The position numbers and the translations under genes were made by a program. Below, in pieces: positions 1 through 13,994 of a DNA stretch of 60,000 nt. Source of the DNA: Callorhinchus milii (taxonomy: Eukaryota). Within the stretch, counting starts at the first letter, position 1, and each line of letters opens with the position of its first letter. The stretch lies in contig NW_024704743.1 of the NCBI RefSeq assembly GCF_018977255.1, positions 77,378,001 through 77,438,000 on the forward strand. The letters run 5' to 3'. Under the pieces are notes generated by a model. That model had not been told where the DNA came from. It was given only the letters and a program-made list of their open reading frames with translations, and did no database searches.

Positions 1-920
1 ATTCATTAAATAATGCTATTGTTTGCAGTTCTTAATACTTTCAATTCTGAATTTCACTCCAAGCTATCTATCTGCATCTAATGTGATACAATCAAATCAA
101 TATTATTTATATTACTGTTATATTTGACCATGAATCATGTAGATTGCTGAAGTATTCTGTTCCATGAACAAATATTTTGATATTTCTAGATAACAAAATA
201 AGATAATAATCCTTGCATTTCATATAGTGCCTTAACTATTTGTCAAAATGTCTCAAAGCACATCACAGGATATTTACTGTGAAGAGTAGTAACTGTGTAT
301 TTGGTAGATCAACATTTAATGAGGTGAAGAGTTTTACTGAAAGGAATTCATGGGCATTAAAATCTACCTACACTGTAACATTCTTGATTATCAAGATGGC
401 AAACAATGCATTACAAACGTAATTGTAGTTTATTTGTTTCATACACATTTCAGTGGGCTAACTCATGGAAACCAGACTCGTGTAATAGATTCACTTACAT
501 AAAAGAGAAGACTTGATAACTAAAGATTTGATAGCAGTATAAAATAGATGACAAAATTCCATTTTAATATGTTCCAATTAGGTATTGATTTTACAGATTA
601 ATGAAATCCTGTCGAACACTTTAATGGAAAAAAGATGAAAATGATATTCCTTCCACCAACCCTTTTATTAAAACATTTTATTTTTTCATTTTTCACATAA
701 GAATGCTTTGCAGTGTACATTTCAAACATGGGCACAAAGGTTAATAAATATACACAACTGCACAGACTTTAGGTTGAGCAAGTATGTGGATACAATAATC
801 TAGTATAAAATAAAAGACAGCAAAACATGATGAAGCATGAAGCATATTGATAAGAAGGGATTCATGCAAAGGAAAACTTAGTATCACATGAATGTATTGC
901 AAGAAACCAGAACAATATAT

Positions 921-1242
921 ATAATAATAAATAATAATCCTTGCATTTGATATAGCGCTTTTCACGTCTTCTAGCACTTCACAGAATATACTGTTTCACA
1001 GAATATACTGTGAAGTGAATTGACTGTATATTTGTGGACGAAATGCTGCAGCCAATTGCGCACAGCAGTGTCCTACAAACAGTCGTGGATTGAAGTGACC
1101 AGTTTATTATTGTTTTTTTTCTTGAAGGTTTATTATCAGGCATGTGGAGTAAGGAAACTTGCCCAAGGTTTCGCCCTGCTAGGAATCGAACCCAGGTCTC
1201 TTGCTTGTGAGGCGAGTGCTCTACCACCAAGCTACAGGACTC
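921..1242 (-). mobile_element. tRNA-derived SINE (tRNA-Ala head, Deu-domain remnant, L2-type tail), TAGAA-loop subfamily
   Basis: Reverse complement of the family at 2269-2588, with an (ATT)n tail and a small internal duplication ttcacagaatatactgt x2. Confidence 0.9.
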
Positions 1243-1289
1243 ACAATAATTAACAGCATCCAGTCTGTAGGTCCAGAAACAGGGTAAAA

Positions 1290-2265
1290 CAGTCCTTAGT
1301 TTCTCACCTTTTAGAAAATATTCTGTTTTACTATTTTTGGATCCGTAATGGATGATCTCATGGTTTCCCACATTGAATTCCATCTGCCACAGTTTTGCCC
1401 ACTCACTTAACTCCCTTTGTAACTTCCTGCTCCCATCTACACAATTTACTGTGCCTCCTAACTTTGTGTCATCTGCAAATTTTGATATCAAACTCTCCTT
1501 TATCCCTACTCTCTGTTTCCTGCCTCCCAACCAATTACCAAGCCATATCGCAACATTACCTCTGATTCCATAAACTTTCATTTTTGCTAATAATCCACTT
1601 TTAAGAACTCCATCCCGCAGTCCCACTGTCTCGTCCCCTCCCTCGCCACCTTCAAGACCCACCTCAAGACCCTCCTCTTCGACCATGCTTTCGATCTCCT
1701 TTCTTCCTCTCCTGCCCTCCCCCCACCCCGACCCTCAGCTCGGGTCCGTAACTCTGTCTGTCCCGCCCCTTGGATGTCCTCCTGAGTTGAAAGGTGCTAT
1801 ACAAGTGTCATTTTGTTGTTTTTGTTGTTGTGTGGAACCTTATCAAATGCCTTCTGAAAGTCCATTTAGATGACATCCATAGACACTCTCTTATCCACCA
1901 CGCGCGTGACCTCCTCAAAAAATTCAATTAGATTTGTCCGACATGACCTACACCTCACAAATCCATGCTGACGCTCTTTGATTAGCTCATACTTGTCCAA
2001 GTGCTCAGTGACTCTGTCCCTGATGAGAAATACCAGTAACCTCCCCACAATTGGTTAAGCTGACAGGTCTGTAGTTACCTGGTTTCTCCCTCCCTTCTTA
2101 CATAATGGAATGACATTTGCAGTTTTTGAATCCAAGGGCAAATATAGAGAGCTTTGGAAAATTATAACTAACGCACCTGCAATTTCCACCCCTACTTCTT
2201 TTAATACCCTGGGCTAGAACCTATCAGATCCTTGAGATTTGTCTATTTGTTTGTAGTTTAAATTA
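1290..2265 (-). mobile_element. CR1 LINE reverse transcriptase fragment, split by an L2 insertion at about 1607-1830
   Basis: Minus-strand translation gives QHGFVRCRSCRTNLIEFFEEVT, DFQKAFDKVPH and KFADDTKLGG...WQMEFN, with stops and deletions. Confidence 0.9.
1607..1830 (+). mobile_element. L2 LINE 3' end nested in the CR1 fragment
   Basis: FKTHLKTLLF-like ORF2 end, then the tail gaaaggtgctatacaag and (TTG)n. Homologous to the 3' ends at 19029 and 49850. Confidence 0.85.
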
Positions 2266-2268
2266 CAA

Positions 2269-2588
2269 GAGTCCTGTAGCTCAGTGGTTAGAGCACTCGC
2301 TTTGCAAGCGAGAGACCTGAGTTCAATTCCAGGCAGAGGGCGAAACCTTGGGCAAGTTTCCTTACTCCACACAGAGCCTAATAATAATCCCTCCAAAACC
2401 CAAAACAATAATAAATTGGTCATTTTCAATCTACGACTGTTTGTGGGACATTGCTGTGCACAATTGGCTGCCACGTTCACCCACAAATATACAGTCAATT
2501 CACTTTACAGTGTGTTCTGTGAAGCGTTTTGGGACGTCCTCCCGACGTGAAAAGCGCTATATCAAATGCAAGGATTATTATTATTATT
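2269..2588 (+). mobile_element. Full-length young SINE, CTCCC-loop subfamily
   Basis: A-box TAGCTCAGTGG, anticodon arm CTCGC-TTTGCAA-GCGAG (TGC, Ala), B-box GTTCAATTCC, Deu-like core tgtttgtgggacattgctgtg, (TTA)n tail. Confidence 0.95.
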
Positions 2589-3647
2589 AAGAGGACATGA
2601 GAATAATGGAGGAGAAAAACAATTAAAGGATTTGAAATAAAAGACTGCAAATGGATGTGTGTTCATTTGTAGAGATGGGTGGAATGTCAACTTTGCAGTG
2701 TTACATTTGGAAAATAGTGACAAAATCATAACTATTGAAAAAAAACTAATGTTGGAAAGGTTTATTTGATCAGACTGCTCATATTATTAATATTATTAAT
2801 ATTATCATAGGATAGGTGTCACCTAACACCACTGCTCTTGACTGCTGGAGGACAAGTCTGGATTTATTAACAAAATAAACGAAAATAGCACAAGCATAAC
2901 AATAATCCTTGCATTTGATATTGTACCTATAATGCCTTAAAGTGTTTTACAACTGTATAGTGTCTGTGTATTGTAGGCAAACATGGCAGCTAATTTACAA
3001 ATTATGTCCTATAGTTTTCGATAACCAAGGCTCCCTTTTTCAAACAGTGTCTGGGATCTTTAACATCCACTGAAGAGAAAGACTTGTCCTGGGTTTAATG
3101 TTTCATCTGAAGGATGGCACTTCTGAGAATTCAGAAATTATTCAATATCTTGCTGTAAGTCTACACTGTGAGCTCAAAGTCCCAAATTGGGATGAAATAA
3201 TTTGTCACAAAAACCATAAAGGTACTCTGATATTTTAAAAAAAGTAAAACGAGCAGATAATGGATTTTCAATCTGCGCAATTGGGTTGTGGAACCCTGAA
3301 ATTTATTTGCCATAAAGAATTCAAAATTCATGCAGCGAGCTGCAAAATTCATGCAGAAAGCTTCAAATTCTGTTGTCTAACTTCAAAACACCTGCCATGT
3401 TATCAGATCAAAGATACTTACTGCATATAATACAGGAAGTTATTTCAGCATTACCCGATGACCTGGAAGTCAACTATTTTTAGCACAGCAATCTGATTTA
3501 CTTTCTGTGCACGTGTGCAGTGAAAACAAAGCTCCCCATTACAACTCCACTATAATTTTTGGACAATAACTATTGTGTTACTATAATAAAGTCACATTGT
3601 TTTGATGGCTACAGTTACAAATCAAACTTTGCATAATTTTTCTTTGT

Positions 3648-3945
3648 TCAACCAGGTGTCTGACACATATGGAAACCGATCACCATGCATAAATATATCT
3701 AAATCAGGTAGGACCATCCTATATGTTACGGCTTTGCTTGCAGGGTTAACAGAATCTGATTGGGAAGAATACCAGCCAACAGTGACCATGGGCAGAACTT
3801 GTCTGCCCCGCCAAGTCCTGCTCATGATCCAAGCTGGCTGATCTGTCATTAGCAGTGCCCTGGAGTACTGCAGACCCACCTGGTTCAGGAACTCGATTAC
3901 CAAGACCATCACAGAGGGTTGACTCAATTCCAACATTCAATTGCC
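3648..3945 (-). mobile_element. 3' end of an unclassified LINE-derived repeat family
   Basis: Reverse complement aligns by eye to 12790-13255 and 44750-45330, including the terminal gatgggtttcc..tcagacacc..ctgacc motif. Confidence 0.65.
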
Positions 3946-6448
3946 AAGCATGTCACCTGGGATCCTGTTTAGCTCCAAGGAGACCCATCTCACCTTTCCC
4001 TGAAGGAGAATAGAATTTTGCATAATTATTTATGAGTTTGAGCCAGAATTGAGAATGTCTTGTAAAATATATTGCTTTGCTTATGTATCTTTCACACTGT
4101 GATGTACCTCTAATAAGAGCGTGGAATCATGCAGAAAAAATACGGCACTTTCAAAATAGATGATTAGTATTTCAAGAATCATTTTGATGCTTATCCTCTA
4201 CAAGGCTGAAGGAATATTTCGTCATTTTCATTCAATTCAAGAAAGTTACACGTACAGTCAATTCACTTCATAATCCATGCCATGGTGACTGTCAGCCAAT
4301 GCTGGTGGACTAAGATGAACAACATAATTAAGGAAACATATGAATGCTACAGTGAGGCGTCAGATTAATTAGCTTTATGTCAACACCTCATCAATACCCG
4401 ATTTACAAATGACACATAACCGAATGAAACATATTGATTTATGTACAATGTGAATATATTGTGGTGCATGTACTAAACTGGTAGTAATTACTATGGTTGT
4501 ATTCTACAAAGGAATACAAGAAACAGGATCATTTTTTAATCTTTAATTTTGTATTTTGTCGATTCATGAATTAGCTTCAGACTTAATATTAATCCATATT
4601 TATATTTCAACTTTCTGTTCTATCAACGGAATACAGCCTTATTAGCAATAGGACTGACTCAGTTGAACTTTCAGCTACCATAAATTATAGCAGTAAAATT
4701 ATTTTAGAGTACATTAGAGAATCCAATATCAACACTAATAGGAACCAACCCCATTTTGGATATGCCAATAGTGCAGGTATCAGGTCTGTCTGTGTGTCTC
4801 TCCCTGTCTACCTATATACTTACTGGATCAGATCTTTCCACTTCATACTGATCCAATACAAATTTGTTACAATATGGGCTTTCCACATCAAACCCAAAAA
4901 AGGGACATCGAGCTATCCAGCATCTGGGTAAGTGGTATTCTTCTGTATTTCCTGAAATACACCTGAGGCTTCTGTATTTCTGGTAGTTCAGTTGGTAAAA
5001 GCAACTGATGCAGTGTGAAACCCATACAACTCGATAGAGGCTCCAGCATTGATCCCTGTCCTGTGTAGTCAGTTGATCTCAGCTGGGCCTCAGCATTCCC
5101 TCAACCTTGTGGAGCTCATTGCTAGAGGCTGTGGTTGAAGCAAATAGCATGAATGTATTTAAGAGAAAACTTGATGCATACACAAGGGAGAAGAGTATAG
5201 AGTGGTATAGGTGAGGGGACTAGGAGGGGTGCGGAATTGGGTGGTGTATAAATACCATCACAAGCTAGTTTGGCTGACTGATCTGTTTCTGTGCTATATG
5301 TAACTCTTATGTAACTCCCGGTAGAGAGTGAGAGAAATCACCATGAATTCCAGCTTCTCTTCATTGTCCAGCAGCCCCTGCTCAAAACACACTTCTGCAG
5401 TCAGCAGGACCAGGGCTTGCAGTGAATCCCCGCTTGTCACCCTGCAGTCAAGTAGTCTGATATCACTCACTATCTACGCTCCACATGGGAGAGGGTGGGG
5501 GGGATCATTTTTAAAAAAAGAAACATCTCTGTGGCATGGGGAGGCTTCAGTCTCAAGAAACATTTCACATTTAATAAAAATACTCAAAGCCCCACTCGCT
5601 CCTTAATTGGACATCTCCAAACAGTTCTGGTAAATTGTATACAGGTGGAGTGTAAGCTTAATTTCTGGTGGCCTAGGGATCAGTGATTGACACAGGCTTG
5701 TCTAGTCAATAACATTGAGTTTCTGAGGGGGTATACTAATGACATTTAAATGAAATCTTCTGTTGCTTTCAGCAGACTCTGCAGACAGCTGATAGCAATA
5801 AGTTTAAATAATTTTAAAAGGCAGGACAAGGGTAAAGATTTTGCTGATAGCTCTGCTAGCGGGGGTGAGACTCACTGAGTACAGGAATGAAATGGAATGA
5901 CCTGGTATCAAGTCACATCTCCGGATGAGAGCTGTTAGGCTCGAGATATAAATGAGCTTTGCAGGTTGTGTCCCAAACCCTTTTGAATAATATCTAACCA
6001 CTAATTTCCAATTTTCATTTTTATCTCCCCTCTCAAAGAATTATTATAGTTTACAAAGACAACGAACCACTCTGACCTTCTTGTACCCCCTACCTTGCAT
6101 CCTGTTCCCTGAACCAATGTGCAAACCTATTCTTTCTGTGGCTGAGTCACCACTGACCTCCCAGAAGGGAAAAAGAAAATAAATTGCAGCTGCCAGAGAA
6201 ACGGAAAGAAGATCTATTTTACACAACAGATTCTCTTCCAGCAATGGTCAGAGCGTCGAAGTTCCTTTTGCAACCACAGTTGCAGTTATACAGGCGGAGT
6301 CTGCAGCTGGTACATCACCAAGAAGCCTTCAGCTCCAAATTCCCAGCTCGGTGCTCTGTCAGCAACATGGTGGGTTTTGGGGCGTTGCTACATAACTACA
6401 ACAATACAACTGCAATTTACATTTAAATACCTTTCACATAGGGAGGAC

Positions 6449-6760
6449 ATAATAATAATAATAATCCTTGCATTTGATATAGTGCTTTTCACATCTTCTA
6501 GATGTCTCAAAGCTCTTCACAGAATATACTGTAAAGTGAATTGGCTGTATATTTGTGCACAAAATACGGCAGTCAATTGCGCACAGCAGTGTCCCACAAA
6601 CAGTCGTGGATTGAAGTCACCAATTTTATTTTTTTTTCTTGAGGGATTACTATCAGGCGTGTTGAGTAAGGAAACTTGCCTAAGGTTTGCCCTGCCAGGA
6701 ATCAAATCCAGGTCTCTTGCTTGCGAGGCAAGTGCTCTAACCATTGAGCTACAGGACTCC
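6449..6760 (-). mobile_element. SINE, TAGAA-loop subfamily
   Basis: Full-length reverse-complement match to the SINE family. Confidence 0.9.
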
Positions 6761-6769
6761 ACCATCCTA

Positions 6770-7610
6770 AGGCACCTGACCTAGGGGCACTTGGCAGTTC
6801 TAGTTTGCCATCCAAGCTCAAGTTTGGAGCCAAGGGAGGTGAAGAGGGGAAAGATGACTGAAAGCATGGTCAAAGAGGAAGGTCGAGATGGACCTTGAAA
6901 CTGGTGAGGGAGAGGTCAAGTCCAAGGGTTCCAGAGTGGTGGCAGGTATGCTAAAAGCTTATCCACCAATGATGGGATGAGTAGCATGGGGGACACGAAA
7001 CAGGCCAGTTCCTGGTGAGTGAAGGGAGCTGCCTGGTCAGTATGGTTTGAGGAGGTCGCTGAAGTAGGGTGGGGCAAGGCCGTGGAGGGGTTTGATAGTG
7101 AGGACGAGGATCTTGAACTTGACCAACTGAGGGATGGAAAACCAATGGAGTGGGGGTGAGAATAGGTTTGTGGATCCCACTGTGGGATATGGCATTGGCC
7201 GTAGAGTTTTGGATACTCTGCAGCTTATGTAGTGAAAACCTGGGTAGTCCGATGAGCTGAGCATTGGTTTTGTCATGTCTGGATGTAATAAATATATGGT
7301 TTAGGGCCTCGGCGGCCGAAAAAGTAATGGTGGAGCCGGGCAATATTAAGGAGATGGGGGAAAGCTGAGCATAGATATGGGTTTAAAGGAGGATTGGGAG
7401 TTGCATAAGGTTCTGCACTGGCTCTGCAAGGTGGAGTGTCCACATATTTGCAAATTCATGCTGTCAATTCCTAAGGTGATAAGGTGACAACTGATGCCAA
7501 GTAGGAGAACCTCAGTCTTGTCGACATTTAATTGGAACAAGATAGAGCTCATCCAGGACTTGATGTCTGACAGGCAAGCAGTCAGAACAGCAGTGGGTCT
7601 GGAGACAGAG
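6770..7610 (-). mobile_element. Degenerate L2 LINE 3' fragment
   Basis: Translates to CLSDIKSWM...LNVDKTEVLL, LHKLQSIQN and LHWFSIPQLVKFKILVL...LHGLAPPY. Confidence 0.85.
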
Positions 7611-9896
7611 ACATAAAATTGCATAAAATTATATCTTTTAAGTGATTCAGTGAAGTTCTCAAATAACCTGAAACAGGGCCCGTACATTTTACGTGGAAAA
7701 TTCCATCTCAAATGCACACACTTGGACATATCTAACTGAGTGTGCCTTAAACTAAGAAATTCTGGGAATAGCACAACAAATTGTGGATTTTCCTAAACCC
7801 ACCGATGACTTCATCCTGCTACCAATAATTCATATCTGATAAGATCTGCTTCTCATTCATTTGAAGGCGAATTAAAAGTAATTGAAATGCATACTCACGA
7901 GTATTTGCAGCCTCTGGTTAATTAAGTGATACACATCAGAGTGAGCACATTTATGGGGCAATAGATGTCTCCTACATGGTGAGTAAATGACGAAGTGGTA
8001 CAAGGAAACTATCGCTGGCTTTGCAACTCAGTGTGTACAGTAGCACAATGGAATATTTTTGTTTTGTGCCTTATTTGAAACAGATTTTTAGAGCAATAAA
8101 TTGAACATTCCAATATTTTCCCTAATGTTACAGTCTGATCATTTTTCTATTCGAATCATGTTGGTCCAACTATCAATTGAGTAGTAAATACAATGTGTAC
8201 ACCACACAAGCATTATACTTTTCACACAACATCTTGCATTTATACAGCACATTTCATGAGGGGTAACTCAGAGATAGGGCAAGACACTGAACAAGCTGAG
8301 GATGGAGGCTAAGGTAGGAGGGATGTATGTGTGGTCAAAGAAGTAGGTCTTCTTGAGGCTTTTTAAGACAGATAGAGAGGGAGAAGGTGGAGGGATTTGG
8401 GGATTGAGGTTTGGAGGTTATCTACAGTCGCTAAAGGCTTGAGCATGAAAGTGAGGCCGGAGCAGATCAAAGAGGTAGAGAGGGATGAAGGGATTTGTAG
8501 GTAGGAATGGAGGTGATGGACTCAAATGAATTCTTCCCCTTTCTCTGGTTTTCCCTGTCAGATGTCAACCATGGCTAAGGCAGTAACTGCTCAGGTCCTG
8601 GCCTCTCCCAATTCCACTCCAGGTATGAAACAAAAACAACTCCCCACCTGAACAAGCAATGATAAATATGTCTTCAAAGAATTGAACAAACATTTTTTAG
8701 ATAATTCTCTCCCCAGGGGAGAAAACCTTCTTGTTTTCAGTAGTTAATAGATATTAAATCATAAATTCTTTTGAGTTATGATGAGTGATTTCTGTAATAT
8801 GGTCAAATTGTTACCATATTCAAGTTATGAATAATAAGAGTAATAATCCTTGCTTTTGATATAGTCGCTTTTATGTTGGGAGGATGTCCCAAAATGCATC
8901 ACAGGGTTTACCGTAAAGTGGAGTGGCTGTGTATTTTATATAGCAATTGGCTGAGCCTTTTTATGCTACATCAAACAAGCACTGTAAGTAGTCTAGACAG
9001 TAAAACACAAAATGAAATTAACTTATGCTAGGTATGTACATTTTAGAAGAGACACCTGCTTTTTTTGTTGTAAACAAGTGGGAGCCTGCTGAAAATTGTG
9101 CAATGCACTGTGCTTGCGGTATTGTTAGATCAGCAATACTTTTGAGGAGAACATTGTGATCTGTGTTATAATAATTAACACTGGTGATAATTAACAGCTG
9201 CTGTCAATAAATAACTAAAGACATCTACTGCTCTGCCAATGTGACCGTTTCCTATATGAAAGATACTGTATAAGTGTGAGTTGTTGGTGGTCGAAATCGG
9301 GGAATAAGCATATTTTCAGATCTGTATAAAATGGGTCATGAATTTAATTCTGAAATGATTAACAGGCTTTTAGGAATTGTTGGGAGTTAACCTAGTCACA
9401 CGTTCTGCTTTACATTATTAGTAAATCTGGCAGTGATACAGAAATCTTGTTATCCAGTTCAAACTATTACATTCTACTTTGGAGCTTTATGGCGTGCAAT
9501 ATGTTGTAACTAATCTATTTGAATAATTCATGACAATATTGTAAATATTCTCAAGTTGTGTAATAAATTATTTACTAAGGTATTTGAAGACTTACCACAG
9601 CAGCTTTGTATTATATAATAGGCATTACGAACACAAAGATCTTTTTCCATGAAATCATTCATGGTAAACACAGTTTACTGAAAACTGCTGTGAAAAGCCA
9701 TCTCAATAAATTCAAATTAACATTAATAATAAAAGAATACTTGTAGTTTTGCTGTTTTGAGGGATGGAAATGTGACCATCTGGTAGATATACTGCAAACA
9801 AGACAATAATATATCATGTTAACCAATAAGTGTTATAAAGTCATATAAATTATAGCACAGAAGGTGGCCATTCAGCCAATTGAGTCTATGCTGGTA

Positions 9897-10075
9897 AACA
9901 ATAATAAATTGGTCACTTCAATCCATAACTGTTTGTGGGACACTGCTGTGCACAATTGGCTGCCATGTTTTGCCCACAAATATACAGTGAATTCACCTTA
10001 CAGTATATTCTATGAAGCGTTTTGAGATGTCTAGAAGACGTGATAAGGTGCAACATCAAAATGCAAGGATTATTA
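9897..10075 (+). mobile_element. 5'-truncated SINE
   Basis: 3' half of the SINE family with the TAGAA loop. Confidence 0.85.
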
Positions 10076-11701
10076 CCAGCATCTCCACAGGAACTATCGT
10101 ATTTCTTAAATGAGTTCAACAGCCTACCCTCCAATGCCCTGCCTAGTAATTCATTTGTAATATCCTGTGAAGCACTTTGTGACATTCTCCTGATGTGAAA
10201 GGTGGTATATCAAATGCTTGGTTCATTATTACATTAAAACTCGCTTATCTTTATAAATCGTACAATCACCTAAGTGGTATATGCACCCAAGTCCCATTTA
10301 GTTTCCTACCTAACAAATTAGATTTCTTTGCACTAATCGGATTTTATAAATCAGATAAACAGCTAAGGGTTTCTTGATCCCAAATAATCCTAAAGCTTAT
10401 TCAAATCATCTCCTAACTGTAATTACCATCACCACACTGAACGGCTGCATTGAATCACAGGAAACGAAAGCTTGACTCATCTTTATATACACATTTACCA
10501 GCTGCATAGACGTACGTATGTGCAGTGTAGATTATTAATTAAATTGTATATTATATGACTTATGCAAGTTTGTCTGTAACTCATACTATGCGTAAGGCAT
10601 ATTAAATGTTATAGTCCCGACTGATATGACATTTACGTTTGCGAGCTTCACTCTATTACCATCTATCCATTTCAACTATTGGTTACTTTGTGTAAAGAAA
10701 TGCTTCCTTGCATCTGGTCTAAAGTTGTTTTTCACAATCCTAAATCATATAACAGTCATGAAGCTACATGTATGCCAATATAGCATAATATGTTTAATAT
10801 TTTAAGCATTAAAGTTGACAGCAGTTAGGCAGGAGTAGTATTACAGCCGATACAAAATAAACCGCTCATCTGATCCATACCACTTCTCTGACCTGAGTTG
10901 TCTTCGTCTCACCATAAACTGAAGTTACACTGTACATTTTTGTGTTGATTTGACATAGAATCACAAGCTCCACAAAACTGTGCAGCATAACTGCGTTGTC
11001 AGTGAAGGAAAATCCCAGGATTCAATCAATTTCCTTTCAGTACATGGGACGCTCGTTTCCTGCAAAATGTAATTACTGGCAATAATCAATTTATTTTATA
11101 ATTCTACCATCACAATAACACAGATTTTCAAAGTTAATGTTTTCCATATTTTTTAAAAAAACAAGCTAAGCTGTGTATATTCTAGAGGTGTGGAGTGATT
11201 TACTATATTCTGGAATGTGTTACTCTCAATTTGTTGTTAATAATGATGGTGACTTTAAATTAAATCCTCATTCACTCTATCTGTGAGATAGAAATGACAG
11301 CTTGAGAGACAGAATATACAATTATTATCCTACTTATATAACCACATGTCCAATATAAGATTATATTTGGTCAGCAACATATACATCCAACTATTACTGC
11401 ACAAGTACAGTAACTTGGGGCTTTTTATAAATTCAATTGTTGTCCAATTCAGTCATCATTGTCCATTTATCACATCGCTCTTTCCTATTTTGACAACTGA
11501 CAAATGCAGGTTTGTGTCCTTGCCCTTGCTAGGAAGATAACACATACCAGCTACATGGTGAGTAGCACAACTCAGTAGAAAACATGTGAAAGTATTTGCT
11601 CCTGTCCTCCTGCTGCAAATCCCTATCCATTGAGCAGTGCTTCCATCAGTTGGATGTGTGAATCTTCAGCATGAGCTTGCTTAACTCTCTGCATATCAAT
11701 C

Positions 11702-11968
11702 AACCTGAGTTCAATTCCAGGCAGGGCGAAACCTTGGGCAAGTTGCCTTACTCCACACGCCTAACAATAATCCCTCCAAAACCAAAAACAATAATAAATT
11801 GGTCATTTTCAATCTACGACTGTTTGTCGGACATTGCTGTGCGCGCCACGTTTGCCCACAAATATGCAGTCAATTCACTTTACACTGTGTTCTGTGAAGT
11901 GCTTTGGGACGTCCTCCCGACGTGAAAAGCGCTATATCAAATGCAAGGATTATTATTATTTATTATTA
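11702..11968 (+). mobile_element. 5'-truncated SINE, CTCCC-loop subfamily
   Basis: Runs from the B-box to the (TTA)n tail. Confidence 0.9.
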
Positions 11969-11969
11969 T

Positions 11970-13258
11970 AAGGTGGATACCAAGTCCTGAATACTCTGTA
12001 TGAGGGTGTGTTGCAAGGTTCAGTTTCTTCATCTGGTGAACATCTGCCTTCAGCATAGTGGAAGGACCTACACAGCATAACTTGTGACATGCTAACTATC
12101 TTGGTGTATAGAGGTCCAACGGCACAAATTTACTCATAACCGACAGTTTAATCCATGTCCTTGTGTGAGGGGCACTGGCAAAGAGATGTGCCTGCTGTGA
12201 AGCTAACTCTGCCTCCAAGGTCCTCAGCAACAGGTCAGTATAGGCAGGATCCCTCCCTGCAGCATTTGCCCCATTTTTACTGCTGATCCACCTCAGTGCT
12301 TGGTCCTGGATTTCACAAATTGGCTGAAGGAGTTTCAAATCATATTGGGAAACTGTTTGGACACATATTTGATACACCACAACCTTAACCTGTATTGGGA
12401 CATTGCTATCATTTAACAGAGATGAGAATGACCAGAATGCTCATCAGTCCTTCTCAGCATGGTCCCAAAACCAAGGTCCATTCAAAACATCAATCCATCA
12501 TAATCCTCAGATACTGATAAGAATCAACAATTGGGACAGGTGCCCCTTGTATCCTCCAATTGATACCTTCAGGATTCTCTCTTGAGTGGTGCAGAGCAAT
12601 TTGGCCTTAAGGAGCTCTCACTACCATATCTCACTGAAAGGCCTCAAGTTTAATGTGGTGAGTCCAGTTCACGAGATTCCCAGCCCCTGTCAATGTTCAA
12701 TGAACAAGCAATGACTATCAACCCCCGGGAGTGGAGGAGAGATAAACAGGATCTTTTGAGGAGCTGTTAGGTCCAAGGCCTGCCAATTAGAATGGATTTG
12801 ACTTTCTGTGATAATCTTGGTCATCTGAATACTTGAGCCAGACGGTTCCAAGGAATTCCAATGTACTGTTAATGATGGACTAGCCAGCTTTGCTCATTAT
12901 CAATACTTGGAGGAGCAGACCAGTCACTGGCATCTGGGATTTTCCTCACTTTGTGCTTGCTACCCCGGAATACTTCAGTGCTTTTAAGCCAAAGCCCTAA
13001 TGGGTTGGGCTGTCCTAGTTGGATAAGCAGCATGAAGCTTGGCAGTGTTTTCAATATAAGATTGTGTGGTTTTAGCTGGTTAAATACCAGTAGCACCTCA
13101 CGCTGGGATCTTGCACTGAACCTCTGGGAATAGGAAAGCAGAGTGCACCCCTCTGGGGAAATAGTACGGAACCTATTCGAGACACAATAGAAACCATACA
13201 TGTGTAGCTTTCAGGCGTTCTTAAGCATGGTCGGTGCCAGATATCCAGCTGACCAATA
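11970..13258. mobile_element. Degenerate non-LTR retrotransposon: RT-derived part on the - strand (about 11970-12600) and 3' end on the + strand (about 12700-13258)
   Basis: Minus strand gives WRIQGAPVPIVDSYQYLRIMMD (YLG motif region) and VPIQVKVVVYQICVQTVSQYD. The plus-strand part is homologous to 44750-45330 and to the reverse complement of 3648-3945. Confidence 0.6.
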
Positions 13259-13994
13259 ATAAAAAAATTTCCTATTTTAAAATAAAGCTACTTTCCTTTA
13301 TCAAATTGTGTTTTTCAATGTGGCTATGAAACCAGTATTGTACAGTGCTCATATTTTGAGTGAAAATTCATTTATTGTGCTAAAATTTGTTCAAAGGCAC
13401 AGTAGTACACACAAAAAAACGCATTACTGATACATTATCATTATTCTTTTGCATGTGTTTGTTGGTATAAAAAGAGATTTAATAAGAAGCCATGGGATGC
13501 AATCTGTAACCCACAAGTAGGTTGACTTAACAACGCAAAATAACAAAGTTAACTTTGTCTGTGACACATTTTTATACTTCGATGCCTCTCAGCTCCTGCA
13601 GAGATAAAATAGCACCATTTGTAGCAACTAAACATTTGAATAAAAAGTGTTTATCATACCATCAGTTTTCAAGTTATTTAACATTTTCTCAGCAGAAATT
13701 AATTTCACTAATTGCAATTTAGCAGCTTGCGTTATTTCTTGCTCTTGGGTTCCTGCCAGAATATAGGGGTGAACAACAGATGCCAAACGGCATTGAGCAC
13801 ACACAGGTGTAAGCCACACTTTACTGGAATATAGCGCTTGTTGCTAAAACTTAAATCATTTAATAAACGAAAGGTACAAAGAACAGTTTAATTTCCTCAA
13901 AGGTAAGATTTGCAGTACGTACCTATGGGTAAAAAACATTGCAGTCATTAAACAACTGTATTCTTATATTTTTAACTGCCTACTTAGGAGGCAG

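Noticed and set aside
979..1686. 235-aa ORF with an FADD motif
   Set aside because: A chance read-through of antisense L2, a deleted CR1 RT and a SINE; not a gene.
2269..2345. tRNA-Ala(TGC)-like sequence, repeated at many sites
   Set aside because: It is a SINE head. It lacks a proper acceptor stem and always continues into the Deu core and L2 tail.
2348..2590. Recurrent ~80-95 aa ORFs (MGKFPYSTQSLIII..., MTVYLW...)
   Set aside because: Translations of SINE copies on either strand.
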